64,000 nucleotides of DNA from Macrostomum lignano (Eukaryota), in contig NIVC01003912.1 in the NCBI GenBank assembly GCA_002269645.1, positions 6,043-70,042 on the forward strand. Direction: 5' to 3'. Below, one piece after another: positions 47,105 through 58,692 of this stretch (the first letter of the stretch is position 1; each line of letters opens with the position of its first letter). The notes beneath the pieces were generated by a model. It ran no database searches. It had not been told where the DNA came from and saw only the letters and a list, made by a program, of their open reading frames with translations. A program made the position numbers and the translations under genes.

Positions 47105-50100
47105 ATGAGCACTAACATAGAGCTGCGAGATGCTGACTCTGCATTAGATTACCTTGCTAGCCAGGTGTGCGGTCCAAGCAGTCAGTTTCTATCTGCTGGC
47201 CGCCCCTTATGCGGCCTTCGAGTCCACGGTGTAGCCGGAGTTACTCACATCTCCGAGCTGCTGTCCCGGTCGCATCCGACCGAAGTCCGGGCAATCCTTG
47301 TTCACTACTTGGGCCTGCTGGCTGCCGGCACTTTCACTGCGCCAATGTCGGCCTTGAGTCCGCTGACGCCGCATCTGCTTGAGTCTGGCGACTCTGGCCT
47401 GGTTACGGTTCTGTGGCAAGAGCTGTCAGCTGACGTCCGAGCCGAGGTCTTTAGCCGGCTATTCACCGATTTGCACACGCTGATGAAGCGTCAAAGACTA
47501 ACTGAGACTTTCTACAAAGCTGTCCTGCAGATGATTATTGAATTGGTCGAATTGCAAATTGATGGTGTCCGAGTATTTGCCAGATTCCTGCTCCAGATGG
47601 AGAACTGGAATTACAACACTGAGGTGCCGGTGCTGTTCGAACGGCTGTCTTTTCTGCCCGCGTTTCTCTGCTTATCTCCGTTCGCGTCGGAGTCTGTAAG
47701 TTGCTGTAATTAATTGGTCACTTTTAAACCAGAAATAGTTAGTAGAAAGCTGAATGAGCAAAATTGCCTCACAGTCACTGTTGGTTGTGCGCCTGCTTGA
47801 ATGCCTACAAATCATGCAAATATTTATTTACTTGGGCATATGGCGACTTAAAATAATAACGCTTTCAATAAAAATGGGTTGGGTACCATGTGTAGAAGTG
47901 AAATGATTTTATGCAACCTAGCGGAGCTCAACGATAGTTTAAAAAGCAAACTCAATGTGCACCATCGCATCATCGTGTTACCCAGTTTGAAGTGGCCGAG
48001 GAACTGTTCCCAGTGGTGGACAATCTGAGCCCAGAAGAGGTTTTGATGAGTCATCGAGTTATCCACACGGCTCTGGACGTGGCCCGCGATCGGCAGTACC
48101 AGCTGCTCTATTCGCTGCTACGCGAGCCGCAGTGCCGCCCGAAGGTGCTGCGTCTGCTCTGGCGCTGCTGCCGGCTCGGCTCCAGCCGCGGCCAGATGCA
48201 ATTCGACGAATCGTCCGCTCTGAGCGAAGGCTTCCTGTTGAATCTGCAGGCGACTCTGTGCAAATTGGCCGCTAAGATTCCATTGGACAAAGTTGATCGG
48301 GCATTCTTGCTGAGGCCCGACTGTCCGTTTCCGATCAAAGTGAGTTCAGTGCAGTGCACTGGCGCATCAAGGGGTAGGTGGTGCATCAAGGTGCAGGTGG
48401 TGCAAGGGTCAGGTGGTGCATCAAGGGGCAGGTGGTGCAAGGGTCAGGTGGTGCATCAAGGGGCAGGTGGTGCAAGGGACAGGTGGTGCATCAAGGGGCA
48501 GGTGGTGCATCAAGGGGCAGGTGGTGCAAGGGTCAGGTGGTGCAAGGGTCAGGTGGTGCAAGGGACAGGTGGTGCATCAAGGTGCAGGTGGTGCAAGGGT
48601 CAGGTGGTGCAAGGGTCAGATGGTGCATCAAGGGGCAGGTGGTGCAAGGGACAGGTGGTGCATCAAGGGGCAGGTGGTGCATCAAGGTGCAGGTGGTGCA
48701 AGGGTCAGGTGGTGCAAGGGTCAGATGGTGCATCAAGGGGCAGGTGGTGCAAGGGACAGGTGGTGCATCAAGGGGCAGGTGGTGCATCAAGGGGCAGGTG
48801 GTGCAAGGGTCAGGTGGTGCAAGGGTCAGGTGGTGCAAGGGACAGGTGGTGCATCAAGGGTCAGGTGGTGCAAGGGACAGGTGGTGCAAGGGACAGGTGG
48901 TGCAAGGGACAGGTGGTGCAAGGGACAGGTGGTCCAGGTGATGCAGGTGGCAGGTGGTGCATCAAGAGGCAGGTGGATTAATGCATCATCACTAGGTCCA
49001 TCATCACCCATAAATAACTAATTATCAGGATGACGATGCCCGCCTGATGGCGAACGCCGGCGAGGTGGCGGCCTGGCGAGGCGAGCTGGGCACCGAGGCG
49101 GCCAGCTTCAACACGCAGGGCTTCTTTCTGGCCGCCTACGCGCATCACATCGGCCTGATTGCGACGCTGCGCAAGCATAAGCGCAGACTGCGCAATCTGC
49201 GTGAAGCGGAACGCATCCTGGACAGCGGAGAGCAGGCGCAGAATGCCGACAGGATTCGGACATTTCTCAACAGTCAGAAGCGAGCTAAACTGTGCGATCA
49301 GGTGAGCGTTCCGTGAATAATTCAAGTTCCGTACCGGTGTCTTTGAATCATTTATTAACTCACCCGTTAAAAGCACTAAAACCGTGACAAGAATGGCTAA
49401 GGAGTCATTGCAAACCACTCACTAGTGGCTCTCTAGCGACTCTGGGGCGAATCTTGTAACCTTTTACCGGCTCAATTGACTGTTGGGTCACGAGCGCATC
49501 ACGCCTGAGTTGCAGAAAGTCGTCTAAAAATCGCTGTGTTAGCGCTTAACTTTCTACTAACTCAAGTAGATTATGCGCAGTAGGTTGTCTTATTCATAAA
49601 GTGACGCAGATGCGCTTTAGAGATGCAACTCGGTGATTCTACAGCGACTCTAGCACGCTTCAAATACAACTCTACCAGAGTGACTGTTGTCGCCCAAGAG
49701 TCTTTTTAGAGTCGCAGATAATAGAACACCTCAAATTGACTCATTGACGACTTTTTGTCGACTTGTACCGAGACATCTTTATCGTATTTTACCTGTGTTA
49801 CCTGCAACGACTATGGGGCGACGCAAGTGACGCTAGGAAGCTTCTATGCCTAGGTACCGTTTTCATCGGATTGACTCTGCTTTAGTATTTAGAGAATAAT
49901 AGTGCTTATGAAGACTAAGCTCGGGTTATGAAGACAATTAACAATTGTCGCTAAGTTGGCATTGCTTACACTGATCCATCTCCGCTAGGCGGCAATCTAC
50001 CACGAGTCGCTGCTGAGAGACGCCATGTTCTACTACGATCAGCTGGCCGACTGGCTGCTCTCCCTGCTGCAGTACGGCGAGCCGCAGCAGTGCAAAGAGC

Positions 50101-52626
50101 TGCGCAGCCTGCCTGAGTTCTTTCTAGAGGACATGTGCGAACTGCTCGTGCTGGTAATCGAATTCCAGCCCGGCTACTTCAAGCAGACTCCCGTGCCGCG
50201 CTGCTTCCGCCTGGTGATTGCGGCTCTGTCCCATCCGTATCCGCTGGTGCGCAATCCCCACTTGGTGTCCAAGCTAGTTGAGATATTATTTTACCTTGAT
50301 CCCACTGTGCAGCCTCGTATGGAGGCTCAGTTCCATGACCTGGTGATGCAGCAGTGGAGTCTGGATGGATTAGTCACTAGCCTGTTGCAATTCTACGTGG
50401 AAGTTGAAAGCACGGGCTCGAGCAGCGAGTTCTACGACAAGTTCACCATTCGCTATCACCTGGCCACTATATTTCACAGCCTCTGGGCGACCCACCTGCA
50501 CAGGGAGCAGTTCCGTCGACAGTCTCAGAATCCCGTATTTGTACGATTTGTCAACGTGTTGATTAACGATGCCACCTACCTGTTGGACGAGAGTCTCGGC
50601 TGTTTGAAACGAATCCGAGAGATTCAGGACCTTGCAGATTCCGGCTTTCAAGGCTGCACCGCCGAGCAGCAGGGAGAACTTAAACAGGAGCTGAATAACA
50701 ATGAGAGACAGGTGCGTTTATGTTATACGGGTGCAAGACTTGTAAGGAACAGTTGGTTTGGACGGTGTTAGCCAATAAAATGTTCCGCGCCAATGAAATG
50801 TGGAGTGGGGTGGGTAATTTTTGTATTCATCTCAGCCAATTAGAAGTTGCTGAAGTGAAGTGGTGCCTTTTCTATTCGCTGTAGTCAATAAGAAATGACT
50901 GGGTGTGAGTTGCGTGACTTCTCTATTTGTCTCAGCCAATGAGAGGCGACTGGAGTGAGGTGGGTGACTTCTCTGATTGTCTTAGCCAATGAGAAGCGGC
51001 TGGAGTGAGTAAGATGGCTTCTCTGTTTGTCTCAGCCAATGAGAAGCGGCTAGAGTGACGTGGGTGACTTCTCTATTCGTCTCAGCCAATGAGAAGCGAA
51101 TAGAGTGAGGTGGGTAGCTTCTCTATCCATGCCAGGCAAAAAGGAGCGACTTCGTAGAGGGTTATTATTGATTTCTCCCAGCCAAAAATTTTCCACAAAC
51201 TGACCTAACACCAACCTGCAGGTGAAATCCTACCTGACCCTGTCGCTAAAAACGGTGGAAATGTTCAACTACCTGACTCAAGAGCTGCCCAGGGCTTTCA
51301 TGAACGGCGAACTAGTGGAGCGGTTAGCAACTATGCTCAACTACAATCTCAAGCAGCTCTGCGGCAGCAAGTGCAACACTTTAAAAGTCCGAAGTCCGGA
51401 CAAATACGGCTGGGAGCCGAGGTCCATGCTGAGCAATTTTATCACCATCTACTTGAATCTGGCCGTCCAGCCCGAGTTCCAGGAGGCCATTGTGAATGAC
51501 GAGCGCAGCTACTCGGAGTCGCTGCTCCCCCAGGCTATCGAACGGATCCGACGGGCCGGCATTCGCTCCGAGATGGATCTGCAGGTGCTGGAGCGGCTGC
51601 GGGAGCGGACAGACGAGATCGCCAATGCCAGGCGGCAGGTTGACTTGGACTATGACAATGCGCCGGACGAGTTCATGGACGAGATGATGTTCACTCTCAT
51701 GTCCGACCCTGTGGAGCTGCCCACTGGACAGGTGCGTGTTGTTTGCATGTCTGCCTGTCAATAGCTGTGCCAGCCTCTCAGGTCCTCTGTTGCTAAGGCC
51801 ACCCTCCCAGATCCTCAGTTGCTAGGCCAGCCTCCCAGATCCTCAGTTGCTGGGCCAGCCTCCCAGATCCTCAGTTTCTGGGCCAGCCTCCCAGAGTGTC
51901 AGTTGCTAGGCCACCCTCCCAGGTCCTCTGTTGCTAAGGCCAGCCTCCCAGATCCTCAGTTGCTGGGCCAGCCTCCCAGATCCTCAGTTGCTGGGCCAGC
52001 CTCCCAGATCCTCAGTTGCTGGGCCAGCCTCCCAGATCCTCAGTTTCTGGGCCAGCCTCCCAGAGTGTCAGTTGCTAGGCCACCCTCCCAGGTCCTCTGT
52101 TGCTAAGGCCAGCCTCCCAGATCCTCAGTTGCTGGGCCAGCCTCCCAGATCCTCAGTTGCTGGGCCAGCCTCCCAGATCCTCAGTTGCTGGGCCAGCGTC
52201 CCAGATTCTCAGTTGATAGGCCACCCTCCCAGATCCTCAGTTGCTGGGCCAGCCTCCCAGATCCTCGGTTGCTAGGCCAGCCTCCCAAATCCTCAGTTTC
52301 TAGGCCAGCCTTCTCAGTTGCTAGGCCACTCTCCCAGATCCTCAGTTGCTAGGCCAGCCTTCTCAGTTGCTTTGCCAGATCCTCTTCAACTGTCTGCCGC
52401 AGCCTGACCCCCTGCTGTCTCCCCCTTTCTAAACTTTCAGATTTTGGACCGAGCCACCATCAGGCGCCACCTGTTGAACTCGGCCACCAATCCCTACTCA
52501 AAGATGCCCATGTCCGAGTCCGATCTGAAAGAGCTGCCGGAGCTTCGCAATCGAATTGCCGCTTGGAAAGCCGAACGGGACGCCGAGAGACGAGGCGGAG
52601 CTCGAGGTGAGCCAATGCAGCACTGA
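47105..52626 (+). CDS. UBE4B: Ubiquitin conjugation factor E4 B / Ufd2 (Ufd2P core + U-box), 878 aa
   Basis: Exons 47105-47695, 47986-48339, 49029-49301, 49989-50711, 51222-51731 and 52441-52626, all GT-AG and in frame. Motifs LPEFFLED, NPHLVSKLVE, TGSSSEFYDKFTIRY, FVRFVNVLINDATYLLDESL, LCGSKCNTLKV; U-box APDEF...[26 protein letters not shown]. Confidence 0.96.
48370..48975. repeat. Intronic minisatellite of mixed 16/18-bp units GGTGGTGCA(TC)AGGG(G/T/A)CA
   Basis: Fills most of UBE4B intron 2 (48340-49028). Confidence 0.95.
50820..51125. repeat. 50-bp degenerate tandem repeat, most units carrying AGCCAAT(GAG) (CCAAT box)
   Basis: CTCAGCCAAT/TTAGCCAAT at 50831, 50931, 50981, 51031 and 51081, with a decayed unit at 50881; lies in UBE4B intron 4. 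Confidence 0.85.
51775..52378. repeat. Intronic 28-bp minisatellite CCAGCCTCCCAGATCCTCAGTTGCTGGG with a 169-bp higher-order repeat
   Basis: Fills UBE4B intron 5; the variant CCAGAGTGTC recurs at 51891 and 52060. Confidence 0.95.
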
Positions 52627-52844
52627 ACTGGGCTGGTGTAGCACCCACAGACTGATTGCGTCACCTCTGCATCATCAAATCTTTTTATTACATTTTGATG
52701 CATTTCTTTGTTGAGGTCCTGTCCACACTAGTTAAAATCGATGGCCCTTACTGAAGTAATGTGCGAGACAAGGCTTGACTGTCTCAGGTAAGGTGGCTTC
52801 TCTATTAGACGTTGGTGATACGTCTAATAGGTGAGATCTTAGAT

Positions 52845-53375
52845 CTACTGTCTCATAGGTGAGATCTCACTGCTACTGTCTCATAAGTGAGATATCACTG
52901 CTACTGTCTCATATGTGAGATATCACTGCTACTGTCTCATAGGTGAGATATCACTGCTACTGTCTCATAGGTGAGATCTCAGTGCTACTGTCTCATAGGT
53001 GAGATCTCACTGCTACTGTCTCATAGGTGAGATATCACTGCTACTGTCTCATAGGTGAGATCTCACTGCTACTGTCTCATAGGTGAGATATCACTGCTAC
53101 TGTCTCATAGGTGAGATCTCACTGCTACTGTCTCATAGGTGAGATATCACTGCTGCTGTCTCATAGGTGAGATCTCACTGCTACTGTCTCATAGGTGAGA
53201 TATCACTGCTACTGTCTCATAGGTGAGATCTCAGTGCTACTGTCTCATAGGTGAGATCTCACTGCTACTGTCTCATAGGTGAGATATCACTGCTACTGTC
53301 TCATAGGTGAGATCTCACTGCTACTGTCTCATAGGTGAGATCTCAGTGCTACTATCTCACGGGTGAGATCTCAGA
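52845..53375. repeat. 28-bp minisatellite CTCATAGGTGAGAT(C/A)TCACTGCTACTGT containing the palindrome GTGAGATCTCAC
   Basis: About 19 units beginning ~220 bp after the UBE4B stop. Confidence 0.96.
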
Positions 53376-53994
53376 AGTACTCATTATAATCTGAGTGAGA
53401 ACTCAGATAATTTCAGTTAAAATTCCGGTGCTAACAAAATCTCACTTGGGATAATTATGCCGTCTGTCGCCATCATTAGTCTTAGTAGACTTCGGATGTC
53501 TTGATAACTGCTAATTGCTGCTTTTTCAATGCTTTTTTTGTAGTTGTTTGTTTCCTCACCGAATATCCCAGTGCACTCGCTGATCAGTTATCCTAGCTGT
53601 GTTGCATATTTAATGGGCGTTTCTGCTTTTTTGTATTGTAAATCGCCTTCCCTTTACTATTAGCCAACTATAAATGTTGATCTGCTTTGCTGCATCAGAA
53701 GTATTCTGTTGTTTAATTTTGCGTATCAATTATTTTATCATTAATATTTTGCTTGTTTTCTCGCAAAAAGTCGTTTGTTATTTGTACTGTGTACTTTAGA
53801 TAGGTTTGCTCGTTATGTTTTTGTTAGGCCCTAGAAATGACAGTTTCTGAAAGCAATTTATCGATAAGTTTGCTGGTTGAATTGTTTAATTATATATCTT
53901 ATATTCGTAGTCACTTTCAGTTCCTTAGTAAAATGTTTAATTACCTATGGTACTTTAGTCGGGTATTTAACCATTTCAGTTCCTTTGGAATATA

Positions 53995-55115
53995 AACCAT
54001 TTCCGGTCCTTCGATTGGGTGTATAACCACTTCCGGTCCTTTCATTGGGTGTATAACCACTTCCGGTCCTTTCATTGGGTGTATAACCACTTCCGGTCCT
54101 TTCATTGGGTGTATAACCACTTCCGGTCCTTTCATTGGGTGTATAACCATGCACTTCCGGTCTTTTCATTGGGTGTATAACCACTTCCGGTCCTTTCATT
54201 GGGTGTATAACCACTTCCGGTCCTTTCATTGGGTGTATAACCACTTCCGGTCCTTTCATTGGGTGTATAACCACTTCCGGTCCTTTCATTGGGTGTATAA
54301 CCATGCACTTCCGGTCTTTTCATTGGGTGTATAACCACTTCCGGTCCTTTCATTGGGTGTATAACCACTTCCGGTCCTTTCATTGGGTGTATAACCATGC
54401 ACTTCCGGTCTTTTCATTGGGTGTATAACCACTTCCGGTCCTTTCATTGGGTGTATAACCACTTCCGGTCCTTTCATTGGGTGTATAACCACTTCCGGTC
54501 CTTTCATTGGGTGTATAACCATGCACTTCCGGTCTTTTCATTGGGTGTATAACCACTTCCGGTCCTTTCATTGGGTGTATAACCATGCACTTTCGGTCCT
54601 TTCATTGGGTGTATAACCACTTCCGGTCCTTTCACTGGGTGTATAACCACTTCCGGTCTTTTCATTGGGTGTATAACCACTTCCGGTCCTTTCATTGGGT
54701 GTATAACCACTTCCGGTCCTTTCATTGGGTGTATAACCATGCACTTCCGGTCTTTTCATTGGGTGTATAACCACTTCCGGTCCTTTCATTGGGTGTATAA
54801 CCACTTCCGGTCTTTTCATTGGGTGTATAACCACTTCCGGTCCTTTCATTGGGTGTATAACCACTTCCGGTCCTTTCATTGGGTGTATAACCATGCACTT
54901 CCGGTCCTTTCATTGGGTGTATAACCATGCACTTCCGGTCCTTTCATTGGGTGTATAACCACTTCCGGTCCTTTCACTGGGTGTATAACCACTTCCGGTC
55001 TTTTCATTGGGTGTATAACCACTTCCGGTCCTTTCATTGGGTGTATAACCACTTCCGGTCCTTTCATTGGGTGGATAACCATGCACTTCCGGTCCTTTCA
55101 TTGGGTGCATAACTA
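53995..55115. repeat. 30/34-bp minisatellite CACTTCCGGTCCTTTCATTGGGTGTATAAC
   Basis: About 36 units; a 34-bp variant (CATG insertion) recurs every 1-5 units. Confidence 0.97.
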
Positions 55116-56339
55116 CTAGCACTTCCAATGCTGAGTTACCTTACTACCCGAGTCTCTCTATCGTTACTGTTTTGTTGAAATACCAATTCTCAGTGTCAAA
55201 TAACCACATAGACTATTTAGTGCTTACAGTAGTGTTGTGTTGCTCTTTCATGCAAAATTAAAGTCCTTAACTGCAACTTACTCGCTCTCTCAGCTTCTCT
55301 GTTCGGTTTGCGTTTGAGTTGTGTTATAAAAATGCTAACTGTTTTGGTGCTGATATTATAGCTGGACTGTTCTGTGACAGCCCTGACGTGGGTAACTTTT
55401 GCAAACTGTTGCAGCAGGCTTGGTTCTTGGCTTATGTTAATAAAAATGTAAGATTATATCTGTAATCATCTTAATCAAACAAGTATCAATAAATTAATGT
55501 GCGACAATTGTTTGCCAGAGACAATCTGGCAGAAGCCAAATTGTGCGTTATGCTGATTTAAATCTATCCTTTGTGGTTCTTGTTTCTATATTGATGGTTA
55601 GGAGAAGCGTTGCTCCAGTGTGCTCGCAGCTCGCGATTGTCTGGCGAGCGCCGGTAGGCATAGACAAATCGTTGTCACGTGCTGCGACCGCTGATTCTTT
55701 GCATTGTTTTTCTGTTTGACGATCCTACAGACAATGCATTGTTTGTAGTAATGATTGTTCTGCATAAAATATGCGAATAATGATCGTCAAATTGCTAAAC
55801 AATGGCCATAGACGATAAGAAAATTCATTTACTTTGCCATCAATTATTTAATTGCTTGCTGGCATTCTCTACTAGCTTGCAAAATGCTATATTACACTTT
55901 TAAAGTGAGGTCCGAGAGAAGTTGCTTTCTGGAGCAAAGGGTGGCGAGTTATCAATGTTGCTGAGCATACTAATTAAATGCGCTTTTCATGTTACTATTA
56001 TCTTGTACTTTCGATTTACATGTGCAACTTTCCAATACATTACTGTGAAGAAGCATCGAAGTAATGCTTTATGGTTGCTCTGCGGTTTTACAACAACCGC
56101 CGCAATATAAAGCACTTTGCTGCTGCAAAGCTCGTAAGACGCTTAAAAGATAAAACAGCATCAATGTATATTTATAATGTTTTATAATCAGATTGGCCGA
56201 AGTTGAAGCCCGATGGGACTGTAGGGTTTAGGGCTCTGCATCCGGATCCCGGGTATTGGGGTGCAACTAAAAAGAAGGGGCTACAACATCTGCAAAAATC
56301 CCCGTATTCATTGACACTTAGCTGCATAACCTTCAAAAC

Positions 56340-56448
56340 TACATATCCCCAACCTTCATACCCCCATCCCTAATATGCATGCCCCCAATATGCATATCCC
56401 CAATGTCCCCAATATGCATATCCCCTATATGAATATCCTCAATATGCA
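56340..56448. repeat. Degenerate 15-bp ATATCCCCAATATGC repeat (first patch)
   Basis: About 6 decayed units; a second patch lies at 58415-58510. Confidence 0.75.
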
Positions 56449-56777
56449 ACGTAGAATTGAGGCAGGCTACATTTCTTTAATAATATTATATAGACAAAGC
56501 CAACAAGAAACCCTTTCTTTTCCGAGTATTTGTGGATAACGATGGCGAATAAAACTAAAACTTTATTTGTACAACATGTTTCGTTGAACATACAGCATCG
56601 TCAGGTAGAATAAAATATTTGTGAGACCAACGGGGTAAGAAAGACGCAAAAATATATATTTTATCAATTAGAGCATGGTGTACCAAAAAGCTAGAATTGA
56701 ACAACATTAAAATTACAGAGTCGATAGAACTAAAGTGCACACTGCATGCTGCCTCTCCCTGCTAATTGAACGCTAAA

Positions 56778-57902
56778 CACGTAGAAAGACCACGGGGTGT
56801 ATTACAAATACACACGACCCATTTCACGATAGCTCGCAAACCGAATTACCGATTTTCGTAAAAGTCTGCCATTTGGATCGAAATTCAGCATTCAGCTCCT
56901 GTTCTGGAGGTTCATTTTTGTCATATTTTTGGGGTTTTACTTATTTAATTGTACATGTATTTTCTCTTTAATGTACATGAGCCAACCCCCCTCAATCTGC
57001 TAACCCCACCCACGTTAAATAATAATAATTAAAAAGGGCGTGATTTTTGGTAAGCGTGTTCTTGCTAACTTGTTTGATTTGTTTGCCTGCGCGAGAACGC
57101 AGAGGTATTGAAGGCTACAAGCATCGGATTTTTGCCTACTTAGTTATTTTTCGGTTTCGAAGAGTTAGTCGATTTAACAGCTCCATCTGGACGACCTTCG
57201 GGATCTTCAACGGGGTGCCCTGACGAGCTGGCTCCCGCACCTTGCTGAACATGGTGCAGGACCATTGTATAATATGCAAACATGCCTGGTTTGGTGCCTT
57301 GTGAGAAAAATCACGATGTTAGCGGTGTCAGCTTGTCGGGGTCGCGTGGTGGCACTCTGTTGAAGGTCTCGAAGGTCGTCTGTATGTCTACAGTTCAGCC
57401 TAGGAGGGTCGCCATCGTCCCTTTCATTCACCGATTATGTCTACTGACTGAATGCTGCATGCTGAAGAGGATTCTTCCATTTCAGTTTTGGGAACGCAGC
57501 CGTCTCTGAGATGCCGATCGGGTGCTTTTGTTGAAGGTCCCGACGGTCGTCGCCGATGCTCCAGACGGTGATGAAGGGGACCCTGGTTCCTGGGATGCTG
57601 ATAACAAAGGCCTCTACGACTGATATGCATAGTTTGTTGAGCCGACGTAGTTTCATGATGAGATTTTTGTGAGCAGAAAAATTTTACCAATGTTGGTGGT
57701 TTTTTCCACCAGACACCCGAGGAGAATCGTTGAATATCTCGACAATGCCGATTTTTCGTGATTCTCAAAGTTGCTCCATCGAATAGAGCGGAACATTTTA
57801 GCACGTGTTCTGGATTTTCATGACAATTGGTTGAATATTTTTGGAGATCCAGACAAAAGAAAAAAGTGTGTATTTGAAATACACCCCCTGGTCTTTCTAC
57901 TG
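56778..57902. mobile_element. TIR element of ~1.1 kb, possibly a piggyBac-like non-autonomous element
   Basis: 34-bp IR GTAGAAAGACCA(C/G)GGGGTGTATT(A/T)CAAATACACA at 56781-56814 / 57867-57900 (2 mismatches); flanks TAAA (left) and TTAA (right). The interior is GC-rich and broken by stops. Confidence 0.65.
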
Positions 57903-58414
57903 TTAAAAGAGGGTTGGCAGTCTTAAACGTGCAAAGCTTCCAATATAGAAAGTTTATTATGGTGCTCAGTGCGATCGAAAATTTTAAAATGGTTGAGCAT
58001 GTCCAAAAGCTCACCATGAGTTTGAGAATCAAAAATGGCGAACGTGTCATCGACATATCGATAGTACATCCGTGGTGCGGATTTACTCTTTAACCACTCA
58101 GACCCTGCCAGGCAAAAGGTGCGCCAGGCATAAGTTAGCTAGCGTTGGAGCCAGCGAGCTGCCCATCGCACATCCATCAGTTTGACGATATAACTTATTT
58201 TGAAACATGAAGATATGTTAGTGCTCAATTAGAGTAGTTTTTTAAACTTTCGAGCATCGAACAGCGGTTCATTGGTATTGTTGTCGCTGTACACGTTCCG
58301 GCACGCAAGATCAATTGCAGCTTCAACGGGACATTTTAGTTTTATTCGCCATCGGTATCCACAAATACTTGGAAAAGAAAATGTTTCTTGTCGGCTTTGT
58401 CTTTCTAATCCCCA

Positions 58415-58510
58415 AAATGCATACCCCCAATATCCAAATGCATATCCCCAATATGCATATCCCCAATATGCATATCCCCAATATCCATCTCCCCAATCTT
58501 CATCTCCGCA
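58415..58510. repeat. 15-bp ATATCCCCAATATGC repeat (second patch)
   Basis: GCATATCCCCAATAT x3 plus decayed flanking units. Confidence 0.8.
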
Positions 58511-58692
58511 ATCTTCGTATCCTTTAACTTGCTTTGAAAAATTGTGATTTTGAAAGTCAATAAGCATAAACATTTGAGTTCACGACCTTTGTGGATTATG
58601 AAGTAAGTCTGATTTTGTTTGAATTTTGAGTCTGAATTTAAATCTTTCTTCAATGTCTACAGTTTTCAGTTTTTAGTATTTTGTAATCATAC

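Noticed and set aside
48340-49028. Gly/Gln/Cys-rich extension of UBE4B (329-aa ORF)
   Set aside because: It is the intronic 16/18-bp minisatellite; splicing 48339 to 49029 restores the conserved Ufd2 sequence.
53941-55128. Many short VVIHPMKGPE / GYTPNERTGS ORFs
   Set aside because: Products of the 30/34-bp array, frameshifted by the 34-bp variants.
57424-58056. 210-aa minus-strand ORF as a FLYWCH or other host gene
   Set aside because: It straddles the right TIR of a transposon relic, and the FLYWK word lacks the FLYWCH Cys/His spacing.
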